Origin: Alphaproteobacteria bacterium
GTDB taxonomy: Bacteria; Pseudomonadota; Alphaproteobacteria; CASFRQ01; SAAU01
Direction of reading: 5' to 3'
Assembly: GCA_009929265.1 (NCBI GenBank)
Contig: SAAU01000003.1
Location: forward strand, 86,836 to 150,835
Length of the DNA stretch: 64,000 nucleotides
The position numbers and the translations under genes are program-made. Shown in pieces: positions 18,765 to 29,186 of this stretch. Below the pieces are notes generated by a model. The model did no database searches. It was not told the origin of the DNA and saw only the letters and a program-made list of their open reading frames with translations. Within the stretch, counting starts at the first letter, position 1. Each line of letters starts with the position of its first letter.

Positions 18765-20153
18765 GTGGAAACTCTACAAACACAATGGAAAGACGTCTGC
18801 ACGCGTCTTGAAGAAAGTCTTGGGGAGAAGGTTTTGAATCGCTGGTTAAACCAAATCGCACCTCAAGGGGAAGAGTGTGGAGTTCTCACGTTATATGTCC
18901 CTACCCGCTTTATTAACGAGTGGATTCAAAAGCATTATGCCGAAGATATCTTATGCGCTTGGCAAACGTTTAATCCAGATATCACTTCGTTAAAATTTAA
19001 GATTAAACCTGTTGAAATGTCTTCCTCAAAACAAGTAGATTCTATCGATTCTTCTTTTGAAGACGATACCCCTTTGAAAAACTTAACGCTTGAAGACAAA
19101 GAAGAGGCTCCTTCAAAATCAGAAACAGATGAAATTTCAACATCTTTAGATCCTCGTTTTTCCTTTGAAAACTTTGTTGTCGGAAAGCCAAACGAATTTG
19201 CCTATACCGCTGCACAACGAGTCGCAGAAAGTCAAGATGTTGCCTTTAACCCACTTTACCTCCACGGCGGGGTTGGACTTGGGAAAACCCATTTAATGCA
19301 AGCTATTGCTTGGCGTATTCATGAATTAACCCCCCATCGGAAAGTTCTTTATCTGTCGGCGGAAAAATTTATGTATTATTTTGTGAAAGCTCTTCGTTAT
19401 CAGGAAACTTTTTCCTTTCGAGACCTTTTTCGTTCGGTCGATGTTTTGATGATTGATGACGTTCAGTTCTTGTGCAGTAAAAAAGCAACTCAAGAAGAAT
19501 TTTTTCATACGTTTAATGCTCTAGTTGATCAGGGAAAGCAAATCATTTTAACAGCCGATTCTTCCCCTGTTGACTTAAAAGGGATTGAAAGCCGCCTAAA
19601 AACCAGAATGGGCTGCGGCCTTGTTGTGGATATTTATCCCACAACTTATGAGCTTCGCTTAGGTATTTTACAATCAAAAGCCCAAATGATGAACACCAAT
19701 GTGCCAAAGGAAGTTATTGAATTTCTAGCTGAACATATTTCAACCAATGTGCGGGAGTTAGAGGGGGCTTTACGCCGCGTTATTGCTCATGCACAGTTAA
19801 TTGGACGCCCGATTTCCTTAGAAAGCACGCAAGATTTATTGAAAGATTTGTTGGGGGCTTGTGAACGCCGTGCTACGGTTGAGGAAATTCAAAAAAAAGT
19901 TGCCGAACATTATAACTTAAAAGTCATTGACTTAAAATCCGCTAGACGGGAACGCAAAATTGCGCGTCCTCGCCAAGTGGCTATGTATCTTTCTAAAACA
20001 ATGACAACAAAATCTCTTCCTGAGATTGGTTTAAAATTTGACAGAGATCACACAACAGTTATCCACGCCATTAAAACCATTGAAAAATTGTTAAAAGAAG
20101 ACGCCAATATTGCAGAAGACGTTCGTATTTTAAAAAGAACCTTAACGATTTAA
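18765..20153 (+). CDS. dnaA: Chromosomal replication initiator DnaA
   Basis: 462 aa with a GTG start. The AAA+ Walker A is GGVGLGKTHL and the Walker B is LMIDDVQF. The C-terminal DNA-binding helix is DRDHTTVIHAIK. Confidence 0.96.
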   Translation: METLQTQWKDVCTRLEESLGEKVLNRWLNQIAPQGEECGVLTLYVPTRFINEWIQKHYAEDILCAWQTFNPDITSLKFKIKPVEMSSSKQVDSIDSSFEDDTPLKNLTLEDKEEAPSKSETDEISTSLDPRFSFENFVVGKPNEFAYTAAQRVAESQDVAFNPLYLHGGVGLGKTHLMQAIAWRIHELTPHRKVLYLSAEKFMYYFVKALRYQETFSFRDLFRSVDVLMIDDVQFLCSKKATQEEFFHTFNALVDQGKQIILTADSSPVDLKGIESRLKTRMGCGLVVDIYPTTYELRLGILQSKAQMMNTNVPKEVIEFLAEHISTNVRELEGALRRVIAHAQLIGRPISLESTQDLLKDLLGACERRATVEEIQKKVAEHYNLKVIDLKSARRERKIARPRQVAMYLSKTMTTKSLPEIGLKFDRDHTTVIHAIKTIEKLLKEDANIAEDVRILKRTLTI

Positions 20154-20163
20154 AGAGGATATT

Positions 20164-20595
20164 ATGGCCAGAATTGGAAGTTTTACAAATCCCCTTATGC
20201 TTGGTTTTGAAGAGCTTGAAAGCCTTGCTTTGCAGCTTTCGAAAAGTCCTTGCGAAGGTTTTCCTCCCTATAATATTGAGCTTTTAAGTGATACTCAAAT
20301 CGAAATCACTTTGGCTTTAGCGGGCTTTAAAGAAGAAGATTTGGACATCACAACCGAAGGAAATCGCCTTTTAATTCAAGGGCGTGTTGAGGAAAAAGAA
20401 AACCACCAATATCTTTACCACGGCATTGCTCTTCGTAAATTCCAACGGGCTTTTTTACTTGCCGATGGAATGAAAGTTAAAAATGCTGTTTTTGAAAATG
20501 GGCTCTTAAAAATTGATATTCAAAAAATCGCCCCCGAATTTAAAATCACAAAAATAAAAATCAATCAGGGGCATATCCTGACGAAAAAGGAATAA
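20164..20595 (+). CDS. Small heat-shock protein, Hsp20/IbpA family
   Basis: 143 aa. It has the alpha-crystallin domain and the IbpA-like motifs FPPYNIE and AVFENGLLKIDI. Confidence 0.9.
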   Translation: MARIGSFTNPLMLGFEELESLALQLSKSPCEGFPPYNIELLSDTQIEITLALAGFKEEDLDITTEGNRLLIQGRVEEKENHQYLYHGIALRKFQRAFLLADGMKVKNAVFENGLLKIDIQKIAPEFKITKIKINQGHILTKKE

Positions 20596-20596
20596 A

Positions 20597-20833
20597 ATGG
20601 CAACGACACAAAAATCAAAGGAAAAGCCCTTCTTAACAGAAGAGGATGAAAACGATTTCTTGGAAAAAGGAATCGACTCTGACATGGCTTATTTCAAAAA
20701 AGATTTAATTGATAATAAGGTTGTTTGGGCCATCTATGAATCAAGTGGTTCTTTCATTGGGCAAGCCTCTACACCAGAGGCCGCTGAAGTTATTATTTTT
20801 CAAAATGATATGACCCCTGTTTGCTTGAACTAG
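20597..20833 (+). CDS. Small acidic protein, DUF1150-like
   Basis: 78 aa, starting 1 nt after the hsp20 stop. Its size, acidity and hsp20 adjacency fit the DUF1150 family that pairs with hsp20 in alphaproteobacteria. This rests on recognition only. Confidence 0.5.
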   Translation: MATTQKSKEKPFLTEEDENDFLEKGIDSDMAYFKKDLIDNKVVWAIYESSGSFIGQASTPEAAEVIIFQNDMTPVCLN

Positions 20834-20982
20834 CCTTATTTAAAAACTCCCCCTCTGCCTTCATATAAAATCGTCTTTGACTTTTTTTCAAAGAAACAGT
20901 CTTTTTTTATTTAAAATACTGGACTTTTTTGATAAAAAACTCTATCTTTGAAAGAGTTTGATTTTAAATAGAAGGGCTTAAA

Positions 20983-21270
20983 ATGATTGATAAAACAATT
21001 ATCCACGAAATGGCAAATTGGGTTCGTCTTCGCTTAACACCTGAGGAAGAAGAATCTATGGCAAAAGAGTTTTCCGAAACTCTTAAATGGATTAACGATG
21101 AGATGATTACAAAAGAGCTAGAGGGCGTAAAACCGATGCCTTCTGTTATTGAAGGGACGATTCCTTCTTTTGAAGACAAAGTGACAGACGGAAACTATCC
21201 TGAAACGGTGACAAGTTGTTCGGAACATACTGTTGATGGCTTTTTTACAGTTCCAAAAATGGTGGAGTAA
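20983..21270 (+). CDS. gatC: Asp/Glu-tRNA(Asn/Gln) amidotransferase subunit C
   Basis: 95 aa, directly upstream of gatA. It has the typical start ...VRLRLTPEEEESMAKEFSETLKWIN. Confidence 0.9.
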   Translation: MIDKTIIHEMANWVRLRLTPEEEESMAKEFSETLKWINDEMITKELEGVKPMPSVIEGTIPSFEDKVTDGNYPETVTSCSEHTVDGFFTVPKMVE

Positions 21271-21273
21271 GCA

Positions 21274-22659
21274 ATGACAGATTTAACAAAATTAACATTA
21301 ACAGAGGCCTTATCTGGTCTTGAAAAAAAGGAATTTACCTCTGTTGAATTAACGCAAAGCTATCTTGATAAAATGAAAGAGCTTCGCCGTTTAAACGCTT
21401 TTATTACCGAAACACCTGAGATAGCCCTTCAAATGGCAGCCGAATCTGATAAACGCAGAGCCGAAGGCAAAGCCGGCAAATTAGAAGGTATCCCAATGGC
21501 TGTTAAAGATCTTTATTGCACAAAAGGGGTTTTAACGACAGGGGCTTCCAAAATTCTTTCAAATTTTGTACCTCCTTATTCGGCGACAACCTGCGCTCAT
21601 TTATGGAAAGAAGGGGCCGTCCTTTTAGGAAAAACAAATACAGACGAATTTGCAATGGGTTCTTCCACAATTACAAGTTATTACGGTGTCACCCATAACC
21701 CGCATGATGAAACACGGGTTCCAGGGGGATCCTCTGGCGGGTCAGCTGCTGCTGTTGCCGCCCATCTTTGCGCGGCCGCAACGGCAACAGAGACAGGTGG
21801 ATCTATTCGTCAGCCAGCTGCTTTTTGTAAAACAGCGGGGATTAAGCCAACTTATGGCCGGTGTTCACGTTTCGGAATTTTGGCTTACTCAAGCTCTTTG
21901 GATCATCCAGGGGTTATTGCCAGAACGATTGAAGATGTGGCAAAGGTTTTGGAAGTAATGGCCGGTCATGATGAATTTGATTCAACCAGCTTAAATATGC
22001 CCGTTCCTGAATTTTCAAAAATGCTTGATAAAAATATTAAAGGCATGAAAATCGGAATTCCAAAAGAATATACTGAAATGGTTCCTGAAATCTGGGACAG
22101 AGCTTTGGCTTTCGTCAAAGAACAAGGCGCAGAACTTGTTGAAATTTCTCTTCCTCACACAGAACAAGCGGCCTCTGTTTACTATATCACAACAATGGCT
22201 GAAGCTTCCTCAAACCTTGCCCGTTATGACGGGGTGCGTTTTGGAACACGGGTTGATGGAAAATCTTTGGATGAAATGTATATGGAAACTCGGATGGATG
22301 GCTTTGGAGCCGAAGTGCGTAGACGGCTTATCTTGGGGACTTATTTCTTAAGTGCAAAAGGATATTTTGAATATTTTGTTCCAGCCCAAAAAATGCGGCG
22401 CTTAATTGCAGAGGATTTTGATAAAGCCTTTGAAAAAGTGGATGTCTTAATGGCGCCAACTGTTCCTATTGAACCGTTCACAATTGAAGAAGCCAAATGT
22501 GGGGCTTGTGCAACAAAGATAAATGACACCTATTCTATGCCTTCTGCTTTGGCTGGAATTCCTGCAGCATGTGTTCCTTCTGGATTACAAGTTATTGCCC
22601 CTCGTTATGAGGAAGGATTGGCCTTAAAGGTGGCTCAAGTTTTGGAGATGTGTAAATGA
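21274..22659 (+). CDS. gatA: Asp/Glu-tRNA(Asn/Gln) amidotransferase subunit A
   Basis: 461 aa. The amidase signature is [13 protein letters not shown]...[12 protein letters not shown]. Confidence 0.96.
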   Translation: MTDLTKLTLTEALSGLEKKEFTSVELTQSYLDKMKELRRLNAFITETPEIALQMAAESDKRRAEGKAGKLEGIPMAVKDLYCTKGVLTTGASKILSNFVPPYSATTCAHLWKEGAVLLGKTNTDEFAMGSSTITSYYGVTHNPHDETRVPGGSSGGSAAAVAAHLCAAATATETGGSIRQPAAFCKTAGIKPTYGRCSRFGILAYSSSLDHPGVIARTIEDVAKVLEVMAGHDEFDSTSLNMPVPEFSKMLDKNIKGMKIGIPKEYTEMVPEIWDRALAFVKEQGAELVEISLPHTEQAASVYYITTMAEASSNLARYDGVRFGTRVDGKSLDEMYMETRMDGFGAEVRRRLILGTYFLSAKGYFEYFVPAQKMRRLIAEDFDKAFEKVDVLMAPTVPIEPFTIEEAKCGACATKINDTYSMPSALAGIPAACVPSGLQVIAPRYEEGLALKVAQVLEMCK

Positions 22660-24110
22660 GTTATATATTAAAAGGAAAAACAAACAACTGGGAAATCGTT
22701 GTTGGACTTGAAGTTCACTGTCAGATTATTTCTAATGCTAAAGTTTTTAGTGGATCTTCCGCAAAATTCGGGGGGGTTCCAAACAGCCACGTTTCTTTTA
22801 TTGATGCAGCGTTTCCTGGAATGCTTCCTCATTTGAATAAAGAATGCCTTTATCAATCTATCCGAACAGGGATGGGGTTGAATTCGAAAATCAATTTGTA
22901 TTCTCGCTTTGACAGAAAGAATTATTTTTACGGAGATTTACCACAGGGTTATCAGATTACACAGCTTTTTTACCCTATTGTTGGGGAAGGTTATATTGAC
23001 ATCACACTTGAAGACGGCACCAAAAAACGTCTTCGCGTTGAACGGTTGCATTTGGAACAGGATGCTGGAAAATCTATCCATGATAGAGCCCCTCACCTGT
23101 CCTTTGTAGACTTAAACCGTTCGGGCGTTGGGCTTATGGAAATTGTGGGCATGCCTGACATTTCCTCTCCTGAAGAAGCAGGGGCTTATTTACGGAAATT
23201 GCGTTCTATTGTGCGGGCGCTTGGCACATGTGATGGGAATATGGATGAAGGCTCTATGCGCTGCGATGCAAACGTTTCTATTCGCCCTGTTGGGGATAAA
23301 AACCTTCGCAATCGAGTTGAAATTAAAAATTTAAACTCTGTTAAATTTGTAATGCAAGCCATTGAACTTGAAGCCCATCGTCAACTTGCCATTTACGAAG
23401 AGGGTGGACATGTGACGCAGGAAACACGGCTGTTCGATTCTATCAAAATGGAAACAAGAACGATGAGATCAAAGGAAAATGCTTTGGATTACAGATATTT
23501 CCCTGATCCTGATCTTCCTCCTGTTCTTTTAACTCAAGAAGAGGTGGACGAAATCAGAAGAACATTACCTGAGCTTCCTGAAGACAGAAAAAATCGCTTT
23601 ATCAAAGAGTATCATTTAAACGAATACGACGCCGATATTCTTTCTGGAGACAACAAAACAGCCGAATATTTTGAAACTGTTGCCAAAGGAAGAGATACAG
23701 ATAAAGCCGCCCACTGGGTTATGGGGGATTTATTTGGCGCGTTAAACAAGCTTGGAAAATCCATTGAGCAAAGTCCTGTTAGCCCTTCAAACTTAGGGAA
23801 ACTTTTGGATTTAATGGCTAAAGACGTCATCTCTGGCAAAATTGCAAAAGAAGTGTTTGAACTAATGCTTGAAACAGGAAAAGACGCCGATATTATTGTT
23901 GAAGAAAAAGGCCTAAAGCAAATCACAGACACCTCTGAAATCGAAGGGATGATTGACACGATTATCGCTGAAAATCCAGAGACTGTTTCGGAATATAAAG
24001 CTGGAAAGACAAAACTTTTGGGTTGGTTTGTTGGTCAAGCGATGAAAGCCTCTAAAGGCAAAGCAAACCCAGGATTATTAAACCAACTTTTAACAAAAAA
24101 ATTGGGATAG
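22656..24110 (+). CDS. gatB: Asp/Glu-tRNA(Asn/Gln) amidotransferase subunit B
   Basis: 484 aa. GatB motifs are GLEVHCQI, RFDRKNYFYGDLPQGYQITQ and LEQDAGKS. It overlaps gatA by 4 nt. Confidence 0.96.
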   Translation: MSYILKGKTNNWEIVVGLEVHCQIISNAKVFSGSSAKFGGVPNSHVSFIDAAFPGMLPHLNKECLYQSIRTGMGLNSKINLYSRFDRKNYFYGDLPQGYQITQLFYPIVGEGYIDITLEDGTKKRLRVERLHLEQDAGKSIHDRAPHLSFVDLNRSGVGLMEIVGMPDISSPEEAGAYLRKLRSIVRALGTCDGNMDEGSMRCDANVSIRPVGDKNLRNRVEIKNLNSVKFVMQAIELEAHRQLAIYEEGGHVTQETRLFDSIKMETRTMRSKENALDYRYFPDPDLPPVLLTQEEVDEIRRTLPELPEDRKNRFIKEYHLNEYDADILSGDNKTAEYFETVAKGRDTDKAAHWVMGDLFGALNKLGKSIEQSPVSPSNLGKLLDLMAKDVISGKIAKEVFELMLETGKDADIIVEEKGLKQITDTSEIEGMIDTIIAENPETVSEYKAGKTKLLGWFVGQAMKASKGKANPGLLNQLLTKKLG

Positions 24111-24119
24111 GAGAGAAAA

Positions 24120-25490
24120 ATGACAGCAAAAACAATGGACCAATTGGTCTCCTTATGTAAAAGACGAGGATTCATCTTTCAAAGTGGTGAAATCTATGGT
24201 GGCTTACAAGGGGCTTATGATTTTGGTCCTTTGGGGGTTGAACTGAAGAACAACCTGAAAAGTGCTTGGTGGCGTTCCATGATTTACGAACGGGACGATA
24301 TTGAGGGCTTGGATAGCACTATTTTAACCATGCGTGATGTGTTAATCCACAGCGGTCATGAAGAAACTTTTACCGATCCTTTGGTCGATTGCAAAAACTG
24401 TAAATGTCGGATTCGGGCCGATCATCTTGTAGATGGAAAATGCCCACAATGTGGCTCAACAGATTTGACAGAACCTCGTGATTTTAACTTGATGTTCAAG
24501 ACAAACGTTGGTCCTGTTGTTAATGAAAAATCCTATGCCTATTTACGTCCTGAAACCGCTCAAGGCATTTTTGTTCAATTTAAAAATGTGGTGGATTCAA
24601 CAGGTCGCAATGCTCCTTTTGGAATTGCACAAATGGGGAAATCCTTTAGAAATGAGATTACGCCTCGAAATTTCATCTTCCGTGTTCGTGAATTTGAACA
24701 AATGGAATTGGAATTTTTTGTCAAACCTGAAGAAGATGAAAAATGGCATGAATATTGGAAACAAGAACGCCTAAACTGGTGGGAACGTCAAGGATTAAGC
24801 CTTGAAAACATTAAAGTTGTTGAGGTTCCTAAGGAAGATTTGGCCCATTATTCAAAGGCCACTTACGACCTTTATTATCGCTTCCCTCTTGGCTTGGAAG
24901 AATTAGAAGGAATCGCAAATCGTCAAGATTATGACCTTGGAAACCACACAAAAGGGCAACAAGATTTAGAAATCAAATCCCACGTTCATCCAAACAAAGA
25001 TAGCACCATGAAATTGGCGCTTTTCAATGCTGAAGAAAAGAAATGGTATCTTCCTTTCGTTATTGAACCATCCGCTGGGGTGGAACGCGGTGTTTTGGCT
25101 GTTTTAACAGAAGCTTACACAGAGGAAGAGGTGCCAAATGGCGGCTCTCGTATTGTTTTGAAATTAAAGAAACATTTGGCTCCAATTAAGGTGGCTGTGA
25201 TTCCTCTTAAACGGAATCATCCAGAAATCGTCAAAATGGCGCAAGAAATTAAAACCAGCCTTCTTAAAACGGGCTTAGGTAGAATTTCTCTTGAAACCTC
25301 TGGAAATGTTGGGAAAGCGTATCGTCGTCATGACGAAGTAGGAACGCCTTTCTGCGTGACGGTCGATTTTGAAAGCATCGAAAACAATCCAGCAACTGTC
25401 ACGGTTCGGGATAGAGATACGATGGAACAAGAACGCGTGAAGGTTTCTGATCTTGCGTCCTACTTTCAAGAACACTTTTTAAAGGGATAA
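24120..25490 (+). CDS. glyQS: Glycine--tRNA ligase, single-chain (alpha2 homodimeric) type
   Basis: 456 aa. The N-terminus is [28 protein letters not shown]. Class II motif 2 is [29 protein letters not shown] Cys4 insert (CKNCKC...CPQCG) is present. The C-terminus resembles an anticodon-binding domain. Confidence 0.92.
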   Translation: MTAKTMDQLVSLCKRRGFIFQSGEIYGGLQGAYDFGPLGVELKNNLKSAWWRSMIYERDDIEGLDSTILTMRDVLIHSGHEETFTDPLVDCKNCKCRIRADHLVDGKCPQCGSTDLTEPRDFNLMFKTNVGPVVNEKSYAYLRPETAQGIFVQFKNVVDSTGRNAPFGIAQMGKSFRNEITPRNFIFRVREFEQMELEFFVKPEEDEKWHEYWKQERLNWWERQGLSLENIKVVEVPKEDLAHYSKATYDLYYRFPLGLEELEGIANRQDYDLGNHTKGQQDLEIKSHVHPNKDSTMKLALFNAEEKKWYLPFVIEPSAGVERGVLAVLTEAYTEEEVPNGGSRIVLKLKKHLAPIKVAVIPLKRNHPEIVKMAQEIKTSLLKTGLGRISLETSGNVGKAYRRHDEVGTPFCVTVDFESIENNPATVTVRDRDTMEQERVKVSDLASYFQEHFLKG

Positions 25491-25510
25491 CCTTTTAATG
25501 ATTTAAAAAG

Positions 25511-25544
25511 GCCTCTTCCCTTGTTTTGGAAGGGGCTTTTTTTT
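25511..25544 (+). terminator. Rho-independent terminator of the gatCAB-glyQS unit
   Basis: GCCTCTTCC (25511-25519) pairs with GGAAGGGGC (25528-25536), with one G:U pair, and is followed by eight T. Confidence 0.75.
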
Positions 25545-25639
25545 ATAAAAAAACACAAAGATTTGTCTGGAATTAGACATAGACAGTTTTTAAAAAATTA
25601 AGTATACTTTAAAACACATTTTAAAAAGGAGTTTTCGTT

Positions 25640-26566
25640 TTGACATATTTATTTTTGGCTTTAAGTTTCGCCCTTTTAATGTATGGCGGAGATTTTCTTG
25701 TTGAAGGCTCTGTTCAAATTGCAAAAAAATTAAAGGTTTCAAATCTTCTTATTGGCCTTACCCTTGTGGGCTTTGGCACTTCAACACCAGAACTTGCCAC
25801 CTCCCTTCAAGCCACCTTTCAAGGCGCCTCAGGCATTGCCCTTGGAAATGTCGTTGGCAGTAATGTTGCCAATATCCTCCTTGTCTTAGGGGTTGCCGCT
25901 TTACTCAACCCTATTGATATTGACATTCAAGCTTTTAAAAGAGATGGACTTTTCCTTTTCTTATCCAGTGCAGCTCTTATCGGTATTGCCCTTTTTGTTT
26001 CAAAAATCAGCTTTTTCTATGGTCTTCTTTTAACATCAGGCCTTGTCTTTTACATTGTTTATGGATATTTCAGCGAAAAAAAATCTGATGAGGAAATTCC
26101 AGAGGAGGAACGTTCCAAACATGCGACCTTAAAGAATTTCGCAAAAGTTGTCTTTGGGATTGCTTTAACTGTTTATGGCGCCCATTTATTGGTTCAAAAC
26201 GCCATTTTAATTGCCAAAAGCTGGGGCGTTTCCGAATCCGTTATCGGATTAACGGTTGTGGCAATCGGGACCTCCTTGCCAGAGCTTGCAACTTCTATCG
26301 CAGCTTCTTTTAAAAAACAAAACGCCATTGCCTTTGGAAACGTTGTAGGGAGTAATATTTATAACGCCCTCTTCATTTTAGGGGTGACAGCTTTATTTAT
26401 TCCTGTTTCTATTCCAAAAGATGCCTCTTTAACAGGGCTTTATGCTATGGGCTTTGTCACGCTTTTGCTTATCTTGATTGGAGGAATTTTCAAAAGATTT
26501 AATCGCCTAACGGGGCTTCTCTTCTTGGCTTTATATGGAGTATATGTTCTATGTCTAATGGGTTAA
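25640..26566 (+). CDS. Ca2+/Na+ antiporter, CaCA (YrbG) family
   Basis: 308 aa with a TTG start. It is a polytopic protein carrying the two alpha-repeat motifs GFGTSTPELATS and AIGTSLPELATS. Confidence 0.88.
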   Translation: MTYLFLALSFALLMYGGDFLVEGSVQIAKKLKVSNLLIGLTLVGFGTSTPELATSLQATFQGASGIALGNVVGSNVANILLVLGVAALLNPIDIDIQAFKRDGLFLFLSSAALIGIALFVSKISFFYGLLLTSGLVFYIVYGYFSEKKSDEEIPEEERSKHATLKNFAKVVFGIALTVYGAHLLVQNAILIAKSWGVSESVIGLTVVAIGTSLPELATSIAASFKKQNAIAFGNVVGSNIYNALFILGVTALFIPVSIPKDASLTGLYAMGFVTLLLILIGGIFKRFNRLTGLLFLALYGVYVLCLMG

Positions 26567-27633
26567 CTGTTTTAGTTGGTGTCAGCGGCGGGGTGGATTC
26601 CACAGTTTGCCTTATGCTTTTGAAAGAGCAAGGCTACAACGTCATTGGCGTATCTATGTCAATTTATAATAAAGACATTCCAAACCTTCCTGCTGCAGGA
26701 AATTCTTGTTATGGAGGAAAAGAAAAACAGGATTTAATTGAGGCTAAAAAACTTTGCGATTCTCTTGGAATAGAACATTATACTTTTGATTGTTCTGAGG
26801 CTTTTAAAAAACATATTCTTTCCTATTTTCGGGAAGAATACTTAAACGGACGCACCCCAAACCCGTGCATTAAATGCAATACTCTTATGAAGTTTGGCCT
26901 TTTGCCAGAGCTTGCAAAACAACAAGGCATTCAAGCCGATTATTTTGCAACAGGACATTATGCACGCCTTGAAAAAGATGAAAAAACAGGGCTCGTCCTT
27001 TTAAAAAAAGGAAAAGATGAAAAGAAAGATCAAAGCTATTTCCTTTACCGTCTGACCAAAGAACAACTTGCCCATTGCCTTTTCCCACTCGGCTCTTACA
27101 CAAAAGAAGAAGTGCGTAAAATTGCAAGAGACTATGGTTTAGCTGTTTCCGAAAAGAAAGACAGTCAAGATTTTTACGCCGGAAAATATACCGATTTATT
27201 AGAACAAGCTCCGCAAAAAGGCTATATTCAACACATTAACGGTCAAATTTTAGGCACTCATCAAGGGTTTTGGAATTACACGATTGGTCAAAGAAAGGGC
27301 TTGGGCATTGCCTCCAAAGAGCCCCTTTTTGTAATTGATTTAGATAAAGACCATAACCGCGTTATTGTGGGGGAAGCCAAATACTGCCGGAAAAAGGAAG
27401 CTATCGCAGAAGATGTTGTGTGGACTGGCCTTTTAAAGGCCCCTTCCACTTCTTTAGAGGTTGAAACAAAACATCGATCTTCTCAAAGGCCTCAAAAAGC
27501 AACAATTACTTCCCTTTCAGATGGAAAAGTTCAAATCAAATTTCAAGAAGAACAAAGTGCTATTGCTCTAGGGCAATCTATTGTCTTTTATCAAGGCGAT
27601 ACCGTTTTGGGAGGAGGTATTTTATGCGCTTAA
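26551..27633 (+). CDS. mnmA: tRNA-specific 2-thiouridylase MnmA
   Basis: 360 aa. The PP-loop is GVSGGVDS. The conserved region is NPCIKCN...ATGHYAR. Confidence 0.94.
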   Translation: MSNGLTVLVGVSGGVDSTVCLMLLKEQGYNVIGVSMSIYNKDIPNLPAAGNSCYGGKEKQDLIEAKKLCDSLGIEHYTFDCSEAFKKHILSYFREEYLNGRTPNPCIKCNTLMKFGLLPELAKQQGIQADYFATGHYARLEKDEKTGLVLLKKGKDEKKDQSYFLYRLTKEQLAHCLFPLGSYTKEEVRKIARDYGLAVSEKKDSQDFYAGKYTDLLEQAPQKGYIQHINGQILGTHQGFWNYTIGQRKGLGIASKEPLFVIDLDKDHNRVIVGEAKYCRKKEAIAEDVVWTGLLKAPSTSLEVETKHRSSQRPQKATITSLSDGKVQIKFQEEQSAIALGQSIVFYQGDTVLGGGILCA

Positions 27634-29186
27634 AAATCTTTTTTTTAGCTCTTCTTTTCCCTCTTCTTTCGGTTTCAAAAGAAGTCGAACTTGCCTATTC
27701 AAAACTCCTTCAAGTTAAGGCTTATAAAGTCTTTCCAGAAGGGGAAGATACGTGGTGCCAAGCCCATTTAAACATCGCTCTTCGTTCTGAAAATAAAGAA
27801 TTTTTTGACAGCATTAGCCAATTTTTGAAAAAGTTTTCAAAGGTTTTAGATCTTAAATGTCCTGAGGCCATTAGCGCGACTCTAAAGGGATATATTAAAG
27901 ATGAAACAGCCCCTATTTTTGAAGAAAAAGTCTATGCTTTAGACGGATGGGAAATGACAGAACAAGAAAAATCAAGTACCTCCCTTGCTCTTCAAAACTT
28001 TACCCAAAACACACCTGCAACTTTTGCCGTAAACGGATGGATTCCAAAGGAAGATAAAACAAAATTCAAAAATGAATATGTTCTAAAAGATAAAAAAGGC
28101 ACCTGTCAAATTTCATATCTTTCCCCTATTCCTGTTCCAAAGGGGTGGTATTTTACCTACAATAATGCTTCTTGCGATAAGGGAATTTTAGAGGGCAAAG
28201 CGGTTGCGCAAATCTATACCCAAAATGACATTCTTTATCAAACGCTTTCTTCTAATTTTGAAAAAGGATTGGCCCAAGAAGGAGATCTTTCTCTTCCTTT
28301 TGTGAAACGCTCTTTTAATACGATTACGCAAGAAGAAAAGGGTTATGTTTTATTTCATTCCAATCCAGAACTTAAACTTTATTCGCTTATTGAATTACGC
28401 GCGCCCTTTTTGGCAGGAACCTATCAACCCTTTACCTCTTGTTCCCCGTTTAAGCTTTTTTATTTAACAGAAAACGAGTCCCTCTTTACAGATGAAACCA
28501 TTCGGAAAAATTTGATTATCTTGGCAAAAAGCTATGCAAATACCGTCTGTCCGTTTTTAAATGAATTTTATGTTTACGGCGTCAACTCTTCTGATTTAAA
28601 GGCCGAAAATGCCTTTTACAGCCTTCATCTTTTCAAAAATGAAAAAGGAGAATGGGCTGTTAAATCTCAAGTTAACAAGGCCTCTCTTAAAGCACAAAAC
28701 TTTGAAAAAGAACAATCTGCGTTGGATTTAAAACTTCAAGCACAATATGATTTACTCTTTCAAAAATCCCTAAGAGAACAGATGGCAGCCCTTGTTGATG
28801 GCAAACAATTAAACGACTTTGACACGCTTTTGGCAAAGGCCGAATTATTAGAACGCCCTGTTGTAGGGACCTTTATTTTTAAGCTTCCTGAAGAGGAACA
28901 GTCCAGAAAATGGATTTCGTCTCCTCGCCTTCCTATCCGCATTGAAAACGCTCTTGGAAAAAAAGGATGGGCTATGGCAAAGCTTGAACTAACCAGCCTT
29001 TCGAAAAAAGAAAAAATGAAAGCTGGTGTTCCGATTTATAAACGCGGCGCAAAAGCAAAAATCATATCTTTCTACCCTTGCGTTAAAGAATCTTGCAAAG
29101 AATTTGAAGACTTGATATATCTTTTAGAAGTTAAATACGAACACCCTACTTGGAAACCCAAAACAGGATTAAAATGCGAAAAATAA
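27624..29186 (+). CDS. Secreted hypothetical protein (520 aa), lineage-specific
   Basis: Signal peptide MRLKIFFLALLFPLLSVSKE. Several Cys pairs and a central coiled-coil stretch are present. I recognise no motif. It overlaps the mnmA end by 10 nt. Confidence 0.6.
   Translation: MRLKIFFLALLFPLLSVSKEVELAYSKLLQVKAYKVFPEGEDTWCQAHLNIALRSENKEFFDSISQFLKKFSKVLDLKCPEAISATLKGYIKDETAPIFEEKVYALDGWEMTEQEKSSTSLALQNFTQNTPATFAVNGWIPKEDKTKFKNEYVLKDKKGTCQISYLSPIPVPKGWYFTYNNASCDKGILEGKAVAQIYTQNDILYQTLSSNFEKGLAQEGDLSLPFVKRSFNTITQEEKGYVLFHSNPELKLYSLIELRAPFLAGTYQPFTSCSPFKLFYLTENESLFTDETIRKNLIILAKSYANTVCPFLNEFYVYGVNSSDLKAENAFYSLHLFKNEKGEWAVKSQVNKASLKAQNFEKEQSALDLKLQAQYDLLFQKSLREQMAALVDGKQLNDFDTLLAKAELLERPVVGTFIFKLPEEEQSRKWISSPRLPIRIENALGKKGWAMAKLELTSLSKKEKMKAGVPIYKRGAKAKIISFYPCVKESCKEFEDLIYLLEVKYEHPTWKPKTGLKCEK

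Noticed and set aside
18302-18861. Minus-strand ORFs 18302-18511 (69 aa) and 18598-18861 (87 aa) in the rpsT-dnaA spacer
   Set aside because: The first runs antisense through the rpsT terminator and the better-supported 52-aa plus-strand ORF. The second overlaps the dnaA start. Neither has a ribosome-binding site, and both run through plus-strand terminator hairpins.
20874-20908. Hairpin TCTTTGA/TCAAAGA after the DUF1150 gene as a terminator
   Set aside because: It is a 7-bp all-weak stem with a 7-nt loop, and the T-run is separated from the stem by 6 nt. It is plausible but too weak to call as a feature.
25545-25639. TGTCT-N6-AGACA and AGACA-T-AGACA motifs upstream of the CaCA antiporter gene
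   Set aside because: The arms are only 5 bp in AT-rich DNA, which is not distinguishable from chance without comparative data.
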